A DNA stretch of 64,000 nucleotides from Octopus vulgaris (Eukaryota). The notes under the pieces were generated by a model, which worked only from the letters and a program-made list of their open reading frames with translations, ran no database searches and had not been told where the DNA came from. Positions 13,481-29,329 of the stretch are shown here, in pieces. The stretch lies in NCBI GenBank assembly GCA_951406725.2, contig OX597824.1, forward strand, positions 97,278,001-97,342,000, written 5' to 3'. The translations under genes were made by a program, and so were the position numbers. How positions within the stretch are numbered: the first letter of the stretch is position 1; each line of letters starts with the position of its first letter.

Positions 13481-14712
13481 TCTACGAGGATGCAGTTTTG
13501 ACTATTTTCGGAAGCAAATGATGGACAAGATGCTGACCATAGGCGTAGATCCGGAAGAACTAAATCGAATGCGCATGCAGTAGTGTTTTTCCCTAAATAT
13601 TTTGTATGGGATTTTTGATGACGGATTTGGTTGCATCATCTACGGTTATGGACACAGCCTCTAAGATGAAGTGAAAGGTTGTGGTCATCTTTATTTCCGT
13701 TTTTTTTTTATTTGGATGGGTTTTCATTTTCCCTCAGCCAGTCACTCACAAATCTCGGCCTCTCCCATCATTCGAAACAATGCACCACTGACGACTTCCA
13801 CCATTCCACAATTCCTCACCAATCCATCATTATCATCAGCCGCATCGTTCTACCATAGTCAGTATCCTGCCACCCTCATCGATCCACCCATTTCAACCCC
13901 TCCACCTACCACTCCATAACTCTTTCCACTTTATAACTGAACCATAGTGATATCTTCATCGCTCCACTAAGATACTTAACCTCGCCTTCACCCCTCACCA
14001 CACCACTAATCCATCCCCCTTTTAAATTCTCACACACACACACACACACAGATATTTTATCACTTCATGCCTACTGCCATCTTTATTTTACAAAATTGTC
14101 TGAATAAACAGAGAATGTGTGCTAAGATTAGTTTGAGTTGCAAACACGACATTTAACCTCCAATCAGGTCAGTTTGGAGTCAAGTGTATGAAAGGAAAAA
14201 GCCACGATTACAATATCCGACTTTCTTTTTTATTATTTTTTTTGCTTTCATAGATAAATCTCCTCCTTCAACGCAATAAAAATCGAAAACAGCCAAAACA
14301 ACAAGTAAGAAAGGAAAAGTCTTTTTAAAATGGTTGTTAAAGAAAGTCTAAGATAAAAATCAATTCTTTAATAAAAAAAGTAAAAGATTTTATCGCAATT
14401 TCTTTATTGTCTTCATAAAATTCCTTTTCGTGTGTAATGCTTTTCTGAATAGTTGAACATCAAACGCACACATACCGACACACACACACACACACACACA
14501 GACACACTAAGCCATATATGTATATATACATACACAAACACACACACACGTAGAAGCGCACAAATGTGCCGACAGTTTTAGTGATTTATAGATACGTATG
14601 CCGGACACTGTCCACTCGTTCAACAGACAAGGGAAACACGGGCGATGCACAAAGGCACAACCACAGACACGCAAACATTTCATATAACATTTGCTCAATT
14701 CAACATTTACTC

Positions 14713-15050
<338 letters not shown>

Positions 15051-15377
15051 ATGTACCTATCTGTCTCTATAAGTATCTATCCGTCTCTATCTATATGTAT
15101 ATTATCTCTCTCTCTCTCTCCCTCTCTATCTATCTATCTGACTGTCTGTCTGTCTGTCTATAATCTATCTCAAATATACATGCATATGCCCATACGTACG
15201 CACATACATGTATATACTCATATCTATATACATATAGCCTTAACTACTACAGAATATACGACCACGCAAACCAGATAAACACTCGTACACTTCCCCCATA
15301 TACGTATATGTATACACATACACATATATATACGTATACACACACGGATATATATATTCATATAAACACACTCACAC

Positions 15378-15428
<51 letters not shown>

Positions 15429-16541
15429 GTGTATGTATAAATCAAATAGCATCACGTAGCACGTTATGTTTTAAATTGCTTCTCTTTCAATATGGAAATT
15501 GACCGGGGAAACAGAAGATATATAACACCTTTTGATCAATTTTTGTTTTATACTTCTCTTTCTTTGTATACACTGTTATTAATGTTGTTGTCGTTGTTGT
15601 TATTAATATTTGTTATTATTACTATTATTGTTGTTGTTCTTCTTATTGTTGTTATTATTATTATCAGCGTTGATCTGTTTCTTTCAACACTCGTCATACA
15701 GTTATATATGTTTTGAAACACCAAGCTAAAAGTATTTTCAAATCCTCATAAGTCGTGTAATATTCCTTTATCTAAAATCAATTTCGCCGAACGAAATCGA
15801 CAAAGAACCCCACCACATCTCCCCCCTTTAACACCAACACCCCATCCCCTACCAAAAAATAAACATACAAACTGAGTATTGAAAACCAAACAGCATTATA
15901 CCATTTCCTCCGAGTTGAAACATTATTATCGACAATAGCAACAGGGGGGTTAATAACGAAAACAACGATAGAATCTCATTGACATTCAGCTGTGTTTTAT
16001 GAAACTTTCATTCGTATTCAAGACTCTGACGTATTCTAAAGAAACCTTTGTTTTATTTTAAAGAAAGCTGTTTAGGAAAGCGCTTGTTGTTCTTTCGTAC
16101 CTTTGTAAATAATTTATCCCAAAAACTAATTCTGAAGATGATGACGACAACGACCACAACAGTGGCTTCGCATTTTGTTACAAGGCAATCAGCATTATAG
16201 GAGAGGGCAATTCAGTTGCGATAATCGACGGGTATTTTATAGACCCCGAATGCTTGAGAGGCAAAATCGACCGCGGCGAAATATGAACTCAAACCTTAAT
16301 TATTCCGCAAAACAAACCCTGCTAAAGATTATGCCAGATCGCCGCCGTCATGAAATAGTAAGAATAAAAATGATAACATGATGGTGTATCTTATGAGAAG
16401 GAACTTTTAGTTATAATAAGGAATATGTGCTATCAGATGCGGCAGGTTTTAATCTCGATATACCACACATTCGAAGTTTGCCATTTGTCGATCTTCTGGG
16501 TCTGTCAGCTCCTAATTCCACTTTTACTCTTTCGGTTTATT

Positions 16542-16693
16542 CTACATCCTGTTGATTTCGACCTTGAGGTTTCCTACTGGGTCTATTTTTTTGTGATCTT
16601 TGCAGGAGCGTTTCTTTCTGTTGCTATTGCAATGTCAATTCGAATGCATCTCCTATCCATTCTGTCTTTGATAACAATGTCAAACCCGTTGAC
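16542..16693 (-). mobile_element. Remnant of the restriction-like endonuclease domain of an R4/Dong-type non-LTR retrotransposon
   Basis: VNGFDIVIKDRMDRRCIRIDIAIATERNAPAK...(frameshift)NLKVEINRM* resembles the (R)PD-I..D......IDV..P......K..KY..L..EI.RMW motif. Confidence 0.6.
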
Positions 16694-16839
16694 TCCGGAT
16701 TAATTGTTGGAACTAGGATTATGGTTTGTTGACATTAATTTTAACTCCAAAGAGTCTTGAGGCATTGTTGGGTGTACACTGTTGGTAAAATAAGACTCTT
16801 TGTAGGATGATTTAAAGAGTTATATGTTTCTGATGTACT

Positions 16840-17060
16840 TTTTGAGAATAGAGTGTAGTTGTTCGGCTTCAGTGTCTGTATTCGGTGTTTATATAGTGTT
16901 TTTAATTAGGAGTTGTTAAATGTCAGGTTGACGCATAAGAAGTCCCCAATTTATTTTCTGTTAGCGTTCATTCTGATATTAAAGCAGAATATTTTTCGCA
17001 CGTGGTCAAGTCTTTTCCAAATTTTTCAGTGGCTGCACACTTTAAGATTTGAGGGCCAGG
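16840..17060 (-). mobile_element. Highly decayed Penelope-like reverse transcriptase fragment
   Basis: Frameshifted pieces GPQILK...NANRK*IGDFLCVNLTFNN...LKPNN resemble the PLE RT7/thumb region (vxFLDVtlnl...Y.KPNN). Confidence 0.4.
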
Positions 17061-17641
17061 AGTACATTCTTTGTGCAGAAGACTCCGTCGAATTATAGGA
17101 ACCTACGGAATACATTGCACATTAAACAACGCCTCTTACCTTGACAGAGTCTGACGTCATGCTGACGTCAAAAGTTTCGTTGGAATCTTTTGATATTCAA
17201 ATAATGCCGTCAGATGAGAAGCCTTACTTTGGTATGTAGAGAGCATTGTCTTACTCGGAGATATGAGAACTGGATGGTTTAAGATAATGGTATTAAAGGG
17301 AGGTCCTGTTTTAAGATTGGGTAGGAGTCCGTAATATCGAATTGAACGAGAGGCTATTTGTTTTTTGTATTGAAAGGAGTTGAACTGGTTTATTTTGATC
17401 GTACTTTTGTGTGGGACAATTATTATGAATAATCCAAATATTAATAAGCATAAAGTTTGAATGTTCAAATTCTTCATTCTCCTAATTATCAATATTATAT
17501 TTACACTCTAAGTAGCCTGGAAAAAATAGCAACATCGGATGGAAGCGAAAGGATATTTACCTTCAAATGTACCGTCAGAGGGAACCGGCCTTGGCATTTT
17601 ACAGAGAAATTCGGAATTTGCCTGGATATTATATCACTCCT

Positions 17642-17687
<46 letters not shown>

Positions 17688-17804
17688 CAATAAAAAATCT
17701 CTGAGCGAAGGTATAAACAGTAGCCGCTCGACATCGTGAAGTATATTTGCCACTTAAATGTGGCTGACCCTTAACAGTTGATGCTACTGTAGCTTTTAGC
17801 TCCA

Positions 17805-17848
<44 letters not shown>

Positions 17849-18121
17849 CCATTCCTAAATACAACGATATAAGTTTGTAGATCTTAATATATATGTCTGG
17901 CTTTTGTTTGCCACGTATAATGTATATACGAGTGTCTATACGCACATACTTATGCATGGAGCCGTATGTATATACGCATATGCATGTATATATTTATTAT
18001 GTATGTATCTCCTCGCCTTTCGTATGTATTTGCATATATATGGAAGCATATTGTTTGATTATAATGTGCGTAAGTATATATGTAAGTATATGCTTGCGTG
18101 TACGTATAAATAAATATGTAC

Positions 18122-18208
<87 letters not shown>

Positions 18209-18903
18209 GTATAAAATATAAGGAAAATGGTGAATTTTGAACAGAGGAAAAAATCAATTTATGTATATAATAGTGAATTTCATATCGCCTACGTGCGTTC
18301 TAATTTCTTACCTTCATTCATATTTTGCATTTACGATTGCATTATGCATTGAAAAAGTAAAAAAAACTCTTCAAAAATGGTCAAATTTTCGTTCACATAC
18401 TAATGGATGGGGTGTTGCTTACAGAGTGCGATAACAGCATGCTTTTGTAATTGCCAGTATGTGTGTCTTTTGAATTCCTTTTTGAAAGGATTCCAAAAGA
18501 CACACATGCTAACAAACACAAATGCACACACACAAAATTTCTCAATTTTTGCCCTGAAGAGATTCTTACCTTTTGAATGCATAATGCAATCTTAATTACA
18601 AAATATGAACGATCATAAGCAATAGAAACGTACGTAGGCTATATCATATTGTCTATTATGTAAATAAATACATTTATTTTCTGTGTTCAAACTCTCCGTT
18701 TTCCTTATATTATTCAGATTCTGTTCTCCTATATGGAATAGATGAAAACATCTATAACGACAACTGGAAATTCATAAGTGTTAACACTAACCCTAGCACA
18801 AATTAGTGAAATCCAAAGCATATTAATCGATATTGGAGCTAAACCGGTGTACGCTTGGATAAAGTACATCCCTATGAAAGAACAACCGCTTTCCATTTGA
18901 AAC

Positions 18904-18982
<79 letters not shown>

Positions 18983-19614
18983 ATTTATGTGCGTATCTAT
19001 TTGTATGTATGCCTATGTGTATATATGTATTTCTGTATGTGTGTGTATATTTGTGTGTATGTATTTCTGTATGTGTGTGTATATTTGTGTGTATGTATAT
19101 CTATATGCATGTATATGTATATAGTTATTTGAACGTGTATGTTTATATGTATGTGTGTATATGCGCTGCATATATAAAAGAAATTCGTTAGCGTTTTCTT
19201 AACGTCCATGGGTTGAAAATTTATAAAACAAACTTACATCTCTTTTAATTAATTATTCAGTTATTCATCATTAATTAATCTATTCTGGGTATGCATAATT
19301 TTCTCCCGAATCAAGCTGTTTTTCGATTATATACAACACGGTATTTATGCATTTTTATTTCCTATTTTATCTTCACTGCCTCATGTTGCACACTTCTGAA
19401 AGACTATTTGTGAAATCAACCAATCAAATTCAATTGTGTATCTGTCAATTTGAATCATATCAAAATATACATTATACGTACAATCAGAATTTTTATTCAA
19501 TTTTTGATCTTAATTGCCCGACGAACGCGAAGGTGAAACTCTGAGTAAGTTTTTCGGGATAATTTGTGATGTCTTGGCAGCTTTAATAATAAAGTAAACA
19601 CACACACACAAACA

Positions 19615-20427
<813 letters not shown>

Positions 20428-20434
20428 AGCTCCT

Positions 20435-20483
20435 GCTTCCTGATGATTTCTTTTGAATGAAACAGTTCTAGTCCTGTAGAAGC
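20435..20483 (+). ncRNA. Type I hammerhead ribozyme candidate in a PLE LTR-like fragment
   Basis: GCTTC-CTGATGA-tTTC(tttt)GAAt-GAAACAG(ttctagtc)CTGTA^GAAGC. Stem I is 5 bp, stem II is 3 bp after a U-U mismatch, stem III is 4 bp, and the cleavage triplet is GUA. Confidence 0.75.
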
Positions 20484-20575
20484 TTCTTCTATATAATAAA
20501 TTAATATACTCTGCTATGTATTGAGTACCTTATTTACTGTGGTTAACCCCGACTCAACCCGGGACCTATATATAT

Positions 20576-20656
<81 letters not shown>

Positions 20657-20740
20657 AATTTAGGGTAGCAAAAAAATTCAATAGAAATTTATCGCTACCA
20701 ACGGCCTAGTGGAAAAGAGAAAATAGTCAACGACTAAGTA

Positions 20741-21510
<770 letters not shown>

Positions 21511-22704
21511 GAGAGAGAGAGGGGGCGAGAGCGTACTGTTCCGTGATTGTAAGTTCAACAAAAGTGGTAGACCTTCCGGTGAGATATATATACACAGTAT
21601 ATAGTTTTGAGCTACTGATAGTTTCATCCACTGGACATCCTATCTTCGTAGGTCTTAATATCACGTCTAGTGTCTCAGAGCAATCTTTAGACTTTAAGGA
21701 CACATGATCAGAGTCTGAGGCTTACTTGGTGACCTGTTATAAAACCTTGCTTAGCCCATATCTCTAATGTGTGAAAAATTAGGAACCACCTGTGTCTGTC
21801 TTCAGCACGTTCTTTCCGTTCGCCTGTGCATTCATTATACGGTTTTTTTACTTTCCGTTTGTGTTTTTACTATACATTTTCTCATTTAGCATATATATGT
21901 GTGTGTGTATGTGTGTGTGTGTATATGTATGTATACACACAGTCACACACACACACGTGTAGGCGGACGGATATTTTTCAAGCTTGTGACATTGAATCCA
22001 TGAATATGATTAAGTTTAATGTTACCCTTTATTTAAATTTATTTCCACATTAAAATTCTCTATCAACGCTAATCTTTCACACGCCATCAACCTTTCTGGA
22101 CCCTGTCAGCCTTGCCATCTCCAAGTGGCTTTTAGAATCATCATTGATTGCCACATTTTACAGTCATCAGTCAGAGTTATAACGTTCGTAGAGTTAATAT
22201 CTTCATCGCTAGATTTAAAATTTTAACCTAGTTATTTCAGGCATTCATCGACTGCTATGATTTATTACAATAAGCTGTAGTTGTTCGTTAATTCTAGGTT
22301 TATATTTTACTATTAACAATAATTCCATTACCATTCTTCTCGTTTTCTTGCCTTTATTTTTTTTTGTGGAATTCTGCGTAAGTTGTGTTATCAATTAATG
22401 GTTTTTCTCTGTGGTTTTGTTTCCTATTTTTTATCGATCATGGCTGACTTCAAAATATAAATGCCGCAATGAAAAAAAAAAAATAACGGTATTAACAACT
22501 ACCAAATAACAAAGAACAAGAGAGTCTAGAAGCATCGATGGTCACAGCAGCGATGGTATTTCTAACAAAACATAACAGAGTATTAAACTAAACAATAAAT
22601 AAGATTAGACTGGAACGCAGGCGTTTGGCGAACATGTAGCGGGTGACGAAATACGAAATAGAAGGCTAATTACTCTAATGTATGGAATGCGTATATATAT
22701 ATAT

Positions 22705-23069
22705 TAACAAATAAAACATATGCATATATATATACATATATGTACGTACCTACCTCTACATGCATATATACACGCATATATGAGTACAGGACACCAAAAA
22801 AACGTCGAACACAATGAGAAACCAAAACATAGACACAAACCCAAGGAACTGGACATTTTTCTTAAACAACAAAAAAAATAGAGTACAGGACAAATAACCC
22901 CTTCTTCAGTCGCCATGGTTTCATATGAAACCATGTTTAAGAAAAATGTCCAGTTCCTTGGGTTTGTGTCTATGTTTTCGTTTCTCATTGTGTTCGACGT
23001 TTTTTTTGGTTTCCTGTACTCATATATGCGTGTATATATACATGTAGAGGTAGGTACGTACATATATGT
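22705..23069. mobile_element. PLE LTR-like fragment with inverted duplication (arms 22734-22868 / 22934-23069)
   Basis: Near-identical inverted arms of about 135 bp; the spacer carries CTGAAGAAGGGG on the minus strand. Same family as 29330-29540 and 61977-62240. Confidence 0.7.
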
Positions 23070-23152
23070 TTTTTTAAAAATGCATATATTTTATTTATCA
23101 ATATATTATATGACAGAACGCACGCATCCCTTTCTAAGTAAGATTGTTCTTG

Positions 23153-23188
<36 letters not shown>

Positions 23189-23201
23189 ATCTGTATATAT
23201 T

Positions 23202-23236
<35 letters not shown>

Positions 23237-24057
23237 ACACAAGAAGAACAAATTATGTAGACATCGTATTACATACAACTTGGTAGAAACATTCAATAAG
23301 TTTTATAAGAATTGGTTCAGCGTTTGTCGAGAGTTGTGTTTTGTATGAGAATAGACACATGTTGTACCTATATGTGTGTGTATGTATGTATGTGTGTATA
23401 AGAGCTTATAAGATTTGGCATAAAGTATGTATATCCACTTTCCATACAAAAGAACTTTGTGCGTTCGTGTTTAATGTGTGTGTGCATGTTTGTGAAAGTG
23501 CGTGTGCGAATGTGTTGTTTTTCCCAATCCTAGCATAGCTTCAGTGTATTTAAAGTTTGTAATTTTATTTATATCGCATTATATCATTTACTAGAAACCA
23601 AATCTTTGTAATTATCGAATGTTTTACACGTTAGACCTATCTTTCGTTGAATGGCATTTAAATGTACAACTACCAAATCATCTCATTGCTGTGAGTTCAT
23701 TTCAATTTCTATCTTTAATTCCGCAGCTCTTACTAAAATAAATTACACTCTTTGTAAAGTGACTTAAACACTTTGTAATTTAATTTGATTGTTTTTTTTC
23801 ACAAACATATACAACCAATTGTTTTGTACTTGGAATTCCGACTAAGTCTGTATGTCTTCAGTTTAATTATCTCGGTGATTAAGAACAGTAGTTCTGTTAA
23901 CCCTTTCGGTTATGATTCTGTTTCGTTAGGAATAACTCCGTTCTTATATCTTTACAAACACTTGAGTTTTAAAAACACGATCGTTAACAGTGAAGGTTAG
24001 ACGGTTTATTTTCTTGCAAGGACGCTTCAGCAGCAACATTTATATTTGTACCTGAAA

Positions 24058-24290
24058 AAGGCGGTGAGCTGGCAGAAACGTTAGCACGCCGGGCGACCTG
24101 CGTAGCCGTATTTCGTCTGTCGTTACGTTCCGAGTTCAAATTCCGCCGAGGTCGACTTCTCCTTTCATCCTTTCGGGGTCGATAAATTAAGTACCAGTTA
24201 CGCACTGGGGTCGATGTAATCGACTTAATCCCTTTGTCTGTCCTTGTTTGTCCCCTCTGTGTTTAGCCCCTTGTGGGTAGTAAAGAAATA
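24058..24290 (+). mobile_element. Full-length family-A SINE with 17-bp target-site duplication
   Basis: TATATTTGTACCTGAAA at 24041-24057 and 24291-24307. Confidence 0.95.
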
Positions 24291-24379
24291 TATATTTGTA
24301 CCTGAAACCTTCCCTTCTATCAGCTGAACTATAGAAGCTTCAATTATTAATTAATAATAAACTTCTCTATAATAGATAC

Positions 24380-24775
24380 AAAGCCTGAAATTTTTTGTTG
24401 TGGAGGGGAGAAGTCGATTACATTGCCCCCAGGGCTCAGCTAGTATTTATTTTATCGACCCCTGAACGACGATAGGCAGTGTTGACCTCGGCAGCATTTG
24501 AACTCAGATTGTAAAGCCAGAAGAAATGCTTTTAGAATTTTGTCCGGCGTGGCAACCATTCTGCCTATTCGCTGGCACACGGCCAAAAATTTCGGGCAAG
24601 GGGTCAAGTCGACTATATCGACCCCAATGTTCATCTGGTACGTATTTTGTCGTTCTCGACCGGATGAAAGGTGAAGTTGACTTCGGCAGTAATTGAATTC
24701 AGAACGTAAGACGGGCGGGATGTCGCTAAGCATTTCGTCCGGTGTGTTAACGATTCCGCCAGCTCACGTCCCCTC
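24380..24775 (-). mobile_element. Two tandem older family-A SINE copies
   Basis: Reverse-complement motifs ttatcgacccc...gacctcggc..atttgaactcaga, occurring twice. Confidence 0.7.
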
Positions 24776-25365
24776 AAATTTAGTAACTAATAAAAATAAG
24801 AAAGACAAAAGAAAAAAAAAGACAACCTAATTAAATGTCGAAAGCTGGAACTGAAGAAGAAAGTTGAGTTGTATTAATTGGCATTAAATTAACCATTCAA
24901 ACCAATGGTCAATGCAGCTTTGTCGGGGTGGTTCCCTTGTATCCTGGGAAGCCAAACATGCTATGGGTGTGTGTATATATGTATGTATAAAAAATAAAGG
25001 TAAGGTGTTTCCCGAACCACTGGCTCATAATGCTGCTTTCCAAGGTTCTGTGGGGTATTTATTCCTCAGGTAGATGCGACGTCGTTTTATCGCAGAATTC
25101 CTCATTTACACCCGCTGGGTGGCAACGGGTACGTGTTCGCAGCGCAACGTGAAATGAAGTGTTTTAAAGAGCACAACACATTACCCGGTTCAAGAATCGA
25201 AACCATATTCTTTCGGTCACGTCCATAACGAGCTAACGACTGTGCCACACACCTCGACATGTATGTATATACATATACCTACAATAATTTACAATAATTA
25301 GAGTAGGAAGTCAAAATTATAAATTTAATCATAACAAAATTAAAGATCTAATTATTTATTACTTA

Positions 25366-25800
25366 AGGCGATGGGCTGACAGAATGGTCACCACGTCGGA
25401 CAAAATGCATAACGGTATTTCGCCTCTCTGGCAGAAACGTTAGCACGCCGGGCGAAATGCGTATTTCGTCTGCCACTACGTTCTTAGTTCAAATTCCGCT
25501 GAGATCGACTTTGCCTTTCATCCTTTCGGGATTGATAAATTAAGTACCAGTTACGCACTGGTGTCGATATAATCGACTTAATCCGTGTGTCTGTCCTTGT
25601 TTGTCACCTCTGTGTTTAGCCCCTTGTGGGTAGTAAAGAAATAGGTATTTCGCCTCCTTACCTTCTTAGTTCAAATTCCACTGATATCAACTTTGTGTTT
25701 CATCCTTTCGGAGTGGTTAAAATAAGTACCAGTTGTGTACTGAGGTCGATGGAATTGCCTTACTCCTTCTCGCAATAACTTTGTCCCTTGTACCAAACTT
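25366..25800 (+). mobile_element. Nested SINEs: a younger family-A copy (25427-25643) inside an older family-A copy
   Basis: 13-bp duplication GGTATTTCGCCTC at 25414-25426 and 25644-25656; the outer element resumes after it. Confidence 0.85.
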
Positions 25801-26575
25801 GCAAACTATTTGTTGACCCTTTCTTCATTCTTAATATTTCCTTTGACTTTTCCACCCACTTACACTGTTTGAGACGAATAGTTTTTGACAAAACTCCCTA
25901 AAATCTGTTCCTATAATAGTCGCACATACGCTTTTCTCGCCTGAACCAATTACTTACATATTGCATGTCAGCCTTTAATAATTAAAATCCAAAATTATCA
26001 AATTGCAAATTCTAACTTAAATATCAATATAAATTAGTTTGACCTTTGCCCCTTTTTTTTCTTCAAAAACAAAAAATAAGAACTATTTAGTGTGCGCGTG
26101 TGTATATGCATATGTGCATATGTGTATGCACGCTTGTGGTTGATGTTCAATTCTACATACGTAATTAACAAGGTAAAGGATTCTCCCCATATTAGTTGAA
26201 ACCCTATCTTTTAGATTTATCATTCCAACAATGATAAATATAATATCTTCTAAGCTAATATCTTCCTTGGCGCCAAATTTCTTGATTTTTACTTTCTTTG
26301 AAATGCCGCAGGTCACCCTTGTTGATGAAGAGCAATAAATAGTATACTTTTTAGCGACAGAAGCAATATTAATAGCAAGAGTAACACAATTTAATGTGGA
26401 TGTATCACTAGAACACCGAATACTGATTTATTTACCTTGAAAGGGCCTCTCATATGAACTCACGGCGCATAAAAGCACACATATTTCTATCGTTGGTGGA
26501 GAATCGTCTGTTACGGAAGCCAGAGCTTCCAGATCGTGGCTGTAAGATTTGGTTGTATGCACCAACCAGATGTCA

Positions 26576-26618
26576 GCCACTGAAGAGACCGGGACACGTC
26601 GAAATCACCTGATCTGTC
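26576..26618 (+). ncRNA. Minimal type I hammerhead ribozyme candidate with canonical core
   Basis: GCCA-CTGAAGA-GAC(cgggacac)GTC-GAAATCA(cc)TGATC^TGTC. It has the canonical G10.1-C11.1 pair, near-palindromic stem III and an AUC triplet; stem I is 3 of 4 bp. Confidence 0.7.
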
Positions 26619-26658
26619 GGGGCACGTTACAGCTATACATACATACATACCTCCCCCC

Positions 26659-26690
<32 letters not shown>

Positions 26691-26763
26691 CTGCATAGAA
26701 ATAACCTCATTATTGTTACGACTTAAGGCAGGTAATTGGCAGAACCATTAGCACATCAGACAT

Positions 26764-27103
26764 GTTAGTTAGTTAGTTAGTTAGTTAATTTTTTGGCTCA
26801 AAAAGCAAAAAGCAAGGCCATGTAGGGGGACATGGAGTTATGTACAGGGTAGTGTTCATGTAAAGAGTTCAGGCCACTTGAGGTCAAGCGAGACTTTGAA
26901 CAAAGCGGTCGTCGGCATCTTCACCATCTCGTCTGGCAGCTTGTTCCACGGATCCGCAACCCGGACGGAGAAAGCTCCTCTCCTTCGATTGAGATGAAAT
27001 CGTCGCAGGTAGAGCTTTTCGGAATGACCCCGCAGCCGACGCTCTGGAGCAGGAGTGAAGAACAGCTCTTTCGAGAGGTTACACTTTCCGCTTATGATGT
27101 TGA
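26764..27103 (-). mobile_element. 5'-truncated CR1-clade LINE 3' end with (AACT)n tail, inserted into a family-A SINE
   Basis: NIISGKCNLSKELFFTPAPERRLRGHSEKLYLRRFHLNRRRGAFSVRVADPWNKLPDEMVKMPTTALFKVSLDLKWPELFT* matches the CR1 ORF2 C-terminus (RGH..KL...FS.RV...WN.LP...FK..LD). The SINE head at 26725-26763 continues after 27104. Confidence 0.88.
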
Positions 27104-27303
27104 CAGAATGTTAAGTTGCATTTCTTCTGACTCCTTCCATTTTCTGATCGAATTCCGCCAATGTTGACTTGCTGTTATTCTCCCTGAATAGCTATGTACC
27201 AGTCATTCACTGGTATCGTTGTTAGTCGACTTTCTCTCTCCTCAAAATTGCTGCCGGCAGCGTATTTATATATATATATATAAATTATAAATATACATAT
27301 ATG

Positions 27304-27359
<56 letters not shown>

Positions 27360-27367
27360 CAAACACT

Positions 27368-27416
<49 letters not shown>

Positions 27417-27424
<8 letters not shown>

Positions 27425-27532
27425 ATCACGTGACCGACCAGACCATCAGATGTTGTTACACATCGCTGGTCACAATGCGTTCGCATTGTTTTTGCCTTCG
27501 AATGACGGCACCCCGCTGGCTAAGCGAGCAGG

Positions 27533-27537
<5 letters not shown>
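27417..27537 (-). mobile_element. 3' fragment of family-D SINE
   Basis: Near-identical to 34477-34595 (atcacgtgatcacgtga...gctaagcgagcaggcca). Confidence 0.85.
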
Positions 27538-27581
<44 letters not shown>

Positions 27582-27604
27582 TTATATATATAAATTATAA
27601 ATAT

Positions 27605-27647
<43 letters not shown>

Positions 27648-28351
27648 TACACACATAACCAACAAAGTACTGGTCGTCTCGGAGCTCTGGTGGAAGGAAC
27701 TTGCCCAATGTGCCGCTCAGTGAGATTAAATCGGAAACCATTCCGTTTGCAGAGTGAAATTGTTGAACACATGGGCATAAATTTAGAAGATTTTGACACT
27801 ACGACAAACGTTCTTCCTTCTATACGGGTAGATGTGCACGCCCGTGTGTGTGTGTGTACTTACGTGTGTGTGTACTTACGTGTGTGTGTAGGTGCATGTG
27901 TGTGTACGTGCGTGTGTGTGCGGTGTTAATAATGGCAACTGATTCCAAAAACTATATATTTTTTTAATGGGCTTCACTACCTGGAGTGATGTGTGCAGAC
28001 TATAATTTTAACTGCATCAAGCTTCGAGGAGAAGAATATTGCCAGACTCCGGCTCCATCGTATCGATGATGGTCGTTTGTACACGATAATCTCGTATCTT
28101 ATCGTTAAAACTTGTAATAAGTCTTTCATTATTTCATTACAAGCCATAAAACCGGAAACGCTCTTTCCTGTTTTCCGCCTCAGTGGTTTCGTGTGTGACC
28201 ACGTGGAAATGTATAAATAATGGCGTGCATTTATAAGTGTGTATGTCTGTGTCGGTGTTGGTGAAATAAATAGGAGGAGCATAAATCGGTAGGGGGCGAT
28301 GTGTGCGCGTTTAGTTGACTGTCCATTCATCAGTGTATACATACACACGCA

Positions 28352-28394
<43 letters not shown>

Positions 28395-28969
28395 GAACAT
28401 ATGCATACCCACACACAGAACCAGACTGAAGCAAGTATTAGAGTCGATTCTTTCGACTATAAATTCTTCAACTTGTCCCAGCATATCCGCGGGCCCACGA
28501 TTGATACGAGTAAATGCAACTGAAAGATAACACACACACACACATGTATTTGTGTATATATACGTATATATATGTGTGTGTGTGTGTGTATATAAGTATA
28601 TGCACCTGTATGGATGTATGTGTATTGGCATCTGTACAGGTGTATATATATATACGTAAATTGACCATCTATATTCATATATTGTATATATGTGTGTGCA
28701 TGAATAGTATTATGAATGTGAGTGGATGTCTGTATATATATATATATGTATGGCCGCATGTATATAGCTGTGTGTATGTGTGTGTGCATGCGTGTGCGTT
28801 TGTGGATAATGTATATTTGTATGCATGTATGTGCGGTATTCTGACGCGAATCCGTGTATTGGAATCAAAGGCAGCATATTTGAGTTTCGTATGGGTATAA
28901 AACGCTGTGGAACCCCTGAGCACCTGGGCAGAGATAAAGTACCAGCACGTGCATTAAACACCCGCAAAT

Positions 28970-29016
<47 letters not shown>

Positions 29017-29285
29017 TACAAAATACACAAATAAACTCACAGATATTGTTCATATATGTGTGTGCGTAAATGTGTTTGTGGATGCGTGTTTCTGTGTGTG
29101 TCTACGTATGGAACCCTGCGTAAGAAAAATACTAACATAGGAAATTTAAGAGGCTTTATCGATTTTTGAACTTTTGGGATTTTTCATCATTCATACACAC
29201 ACACACACATATACACACGCACACACACACGTATACACATTTATATACATATATATACACATGTATACACAATCATGTCTCTCTA

Positions 29286-29324
<39 letters not shown>

Positions 29325-29329
29325 ACAAT

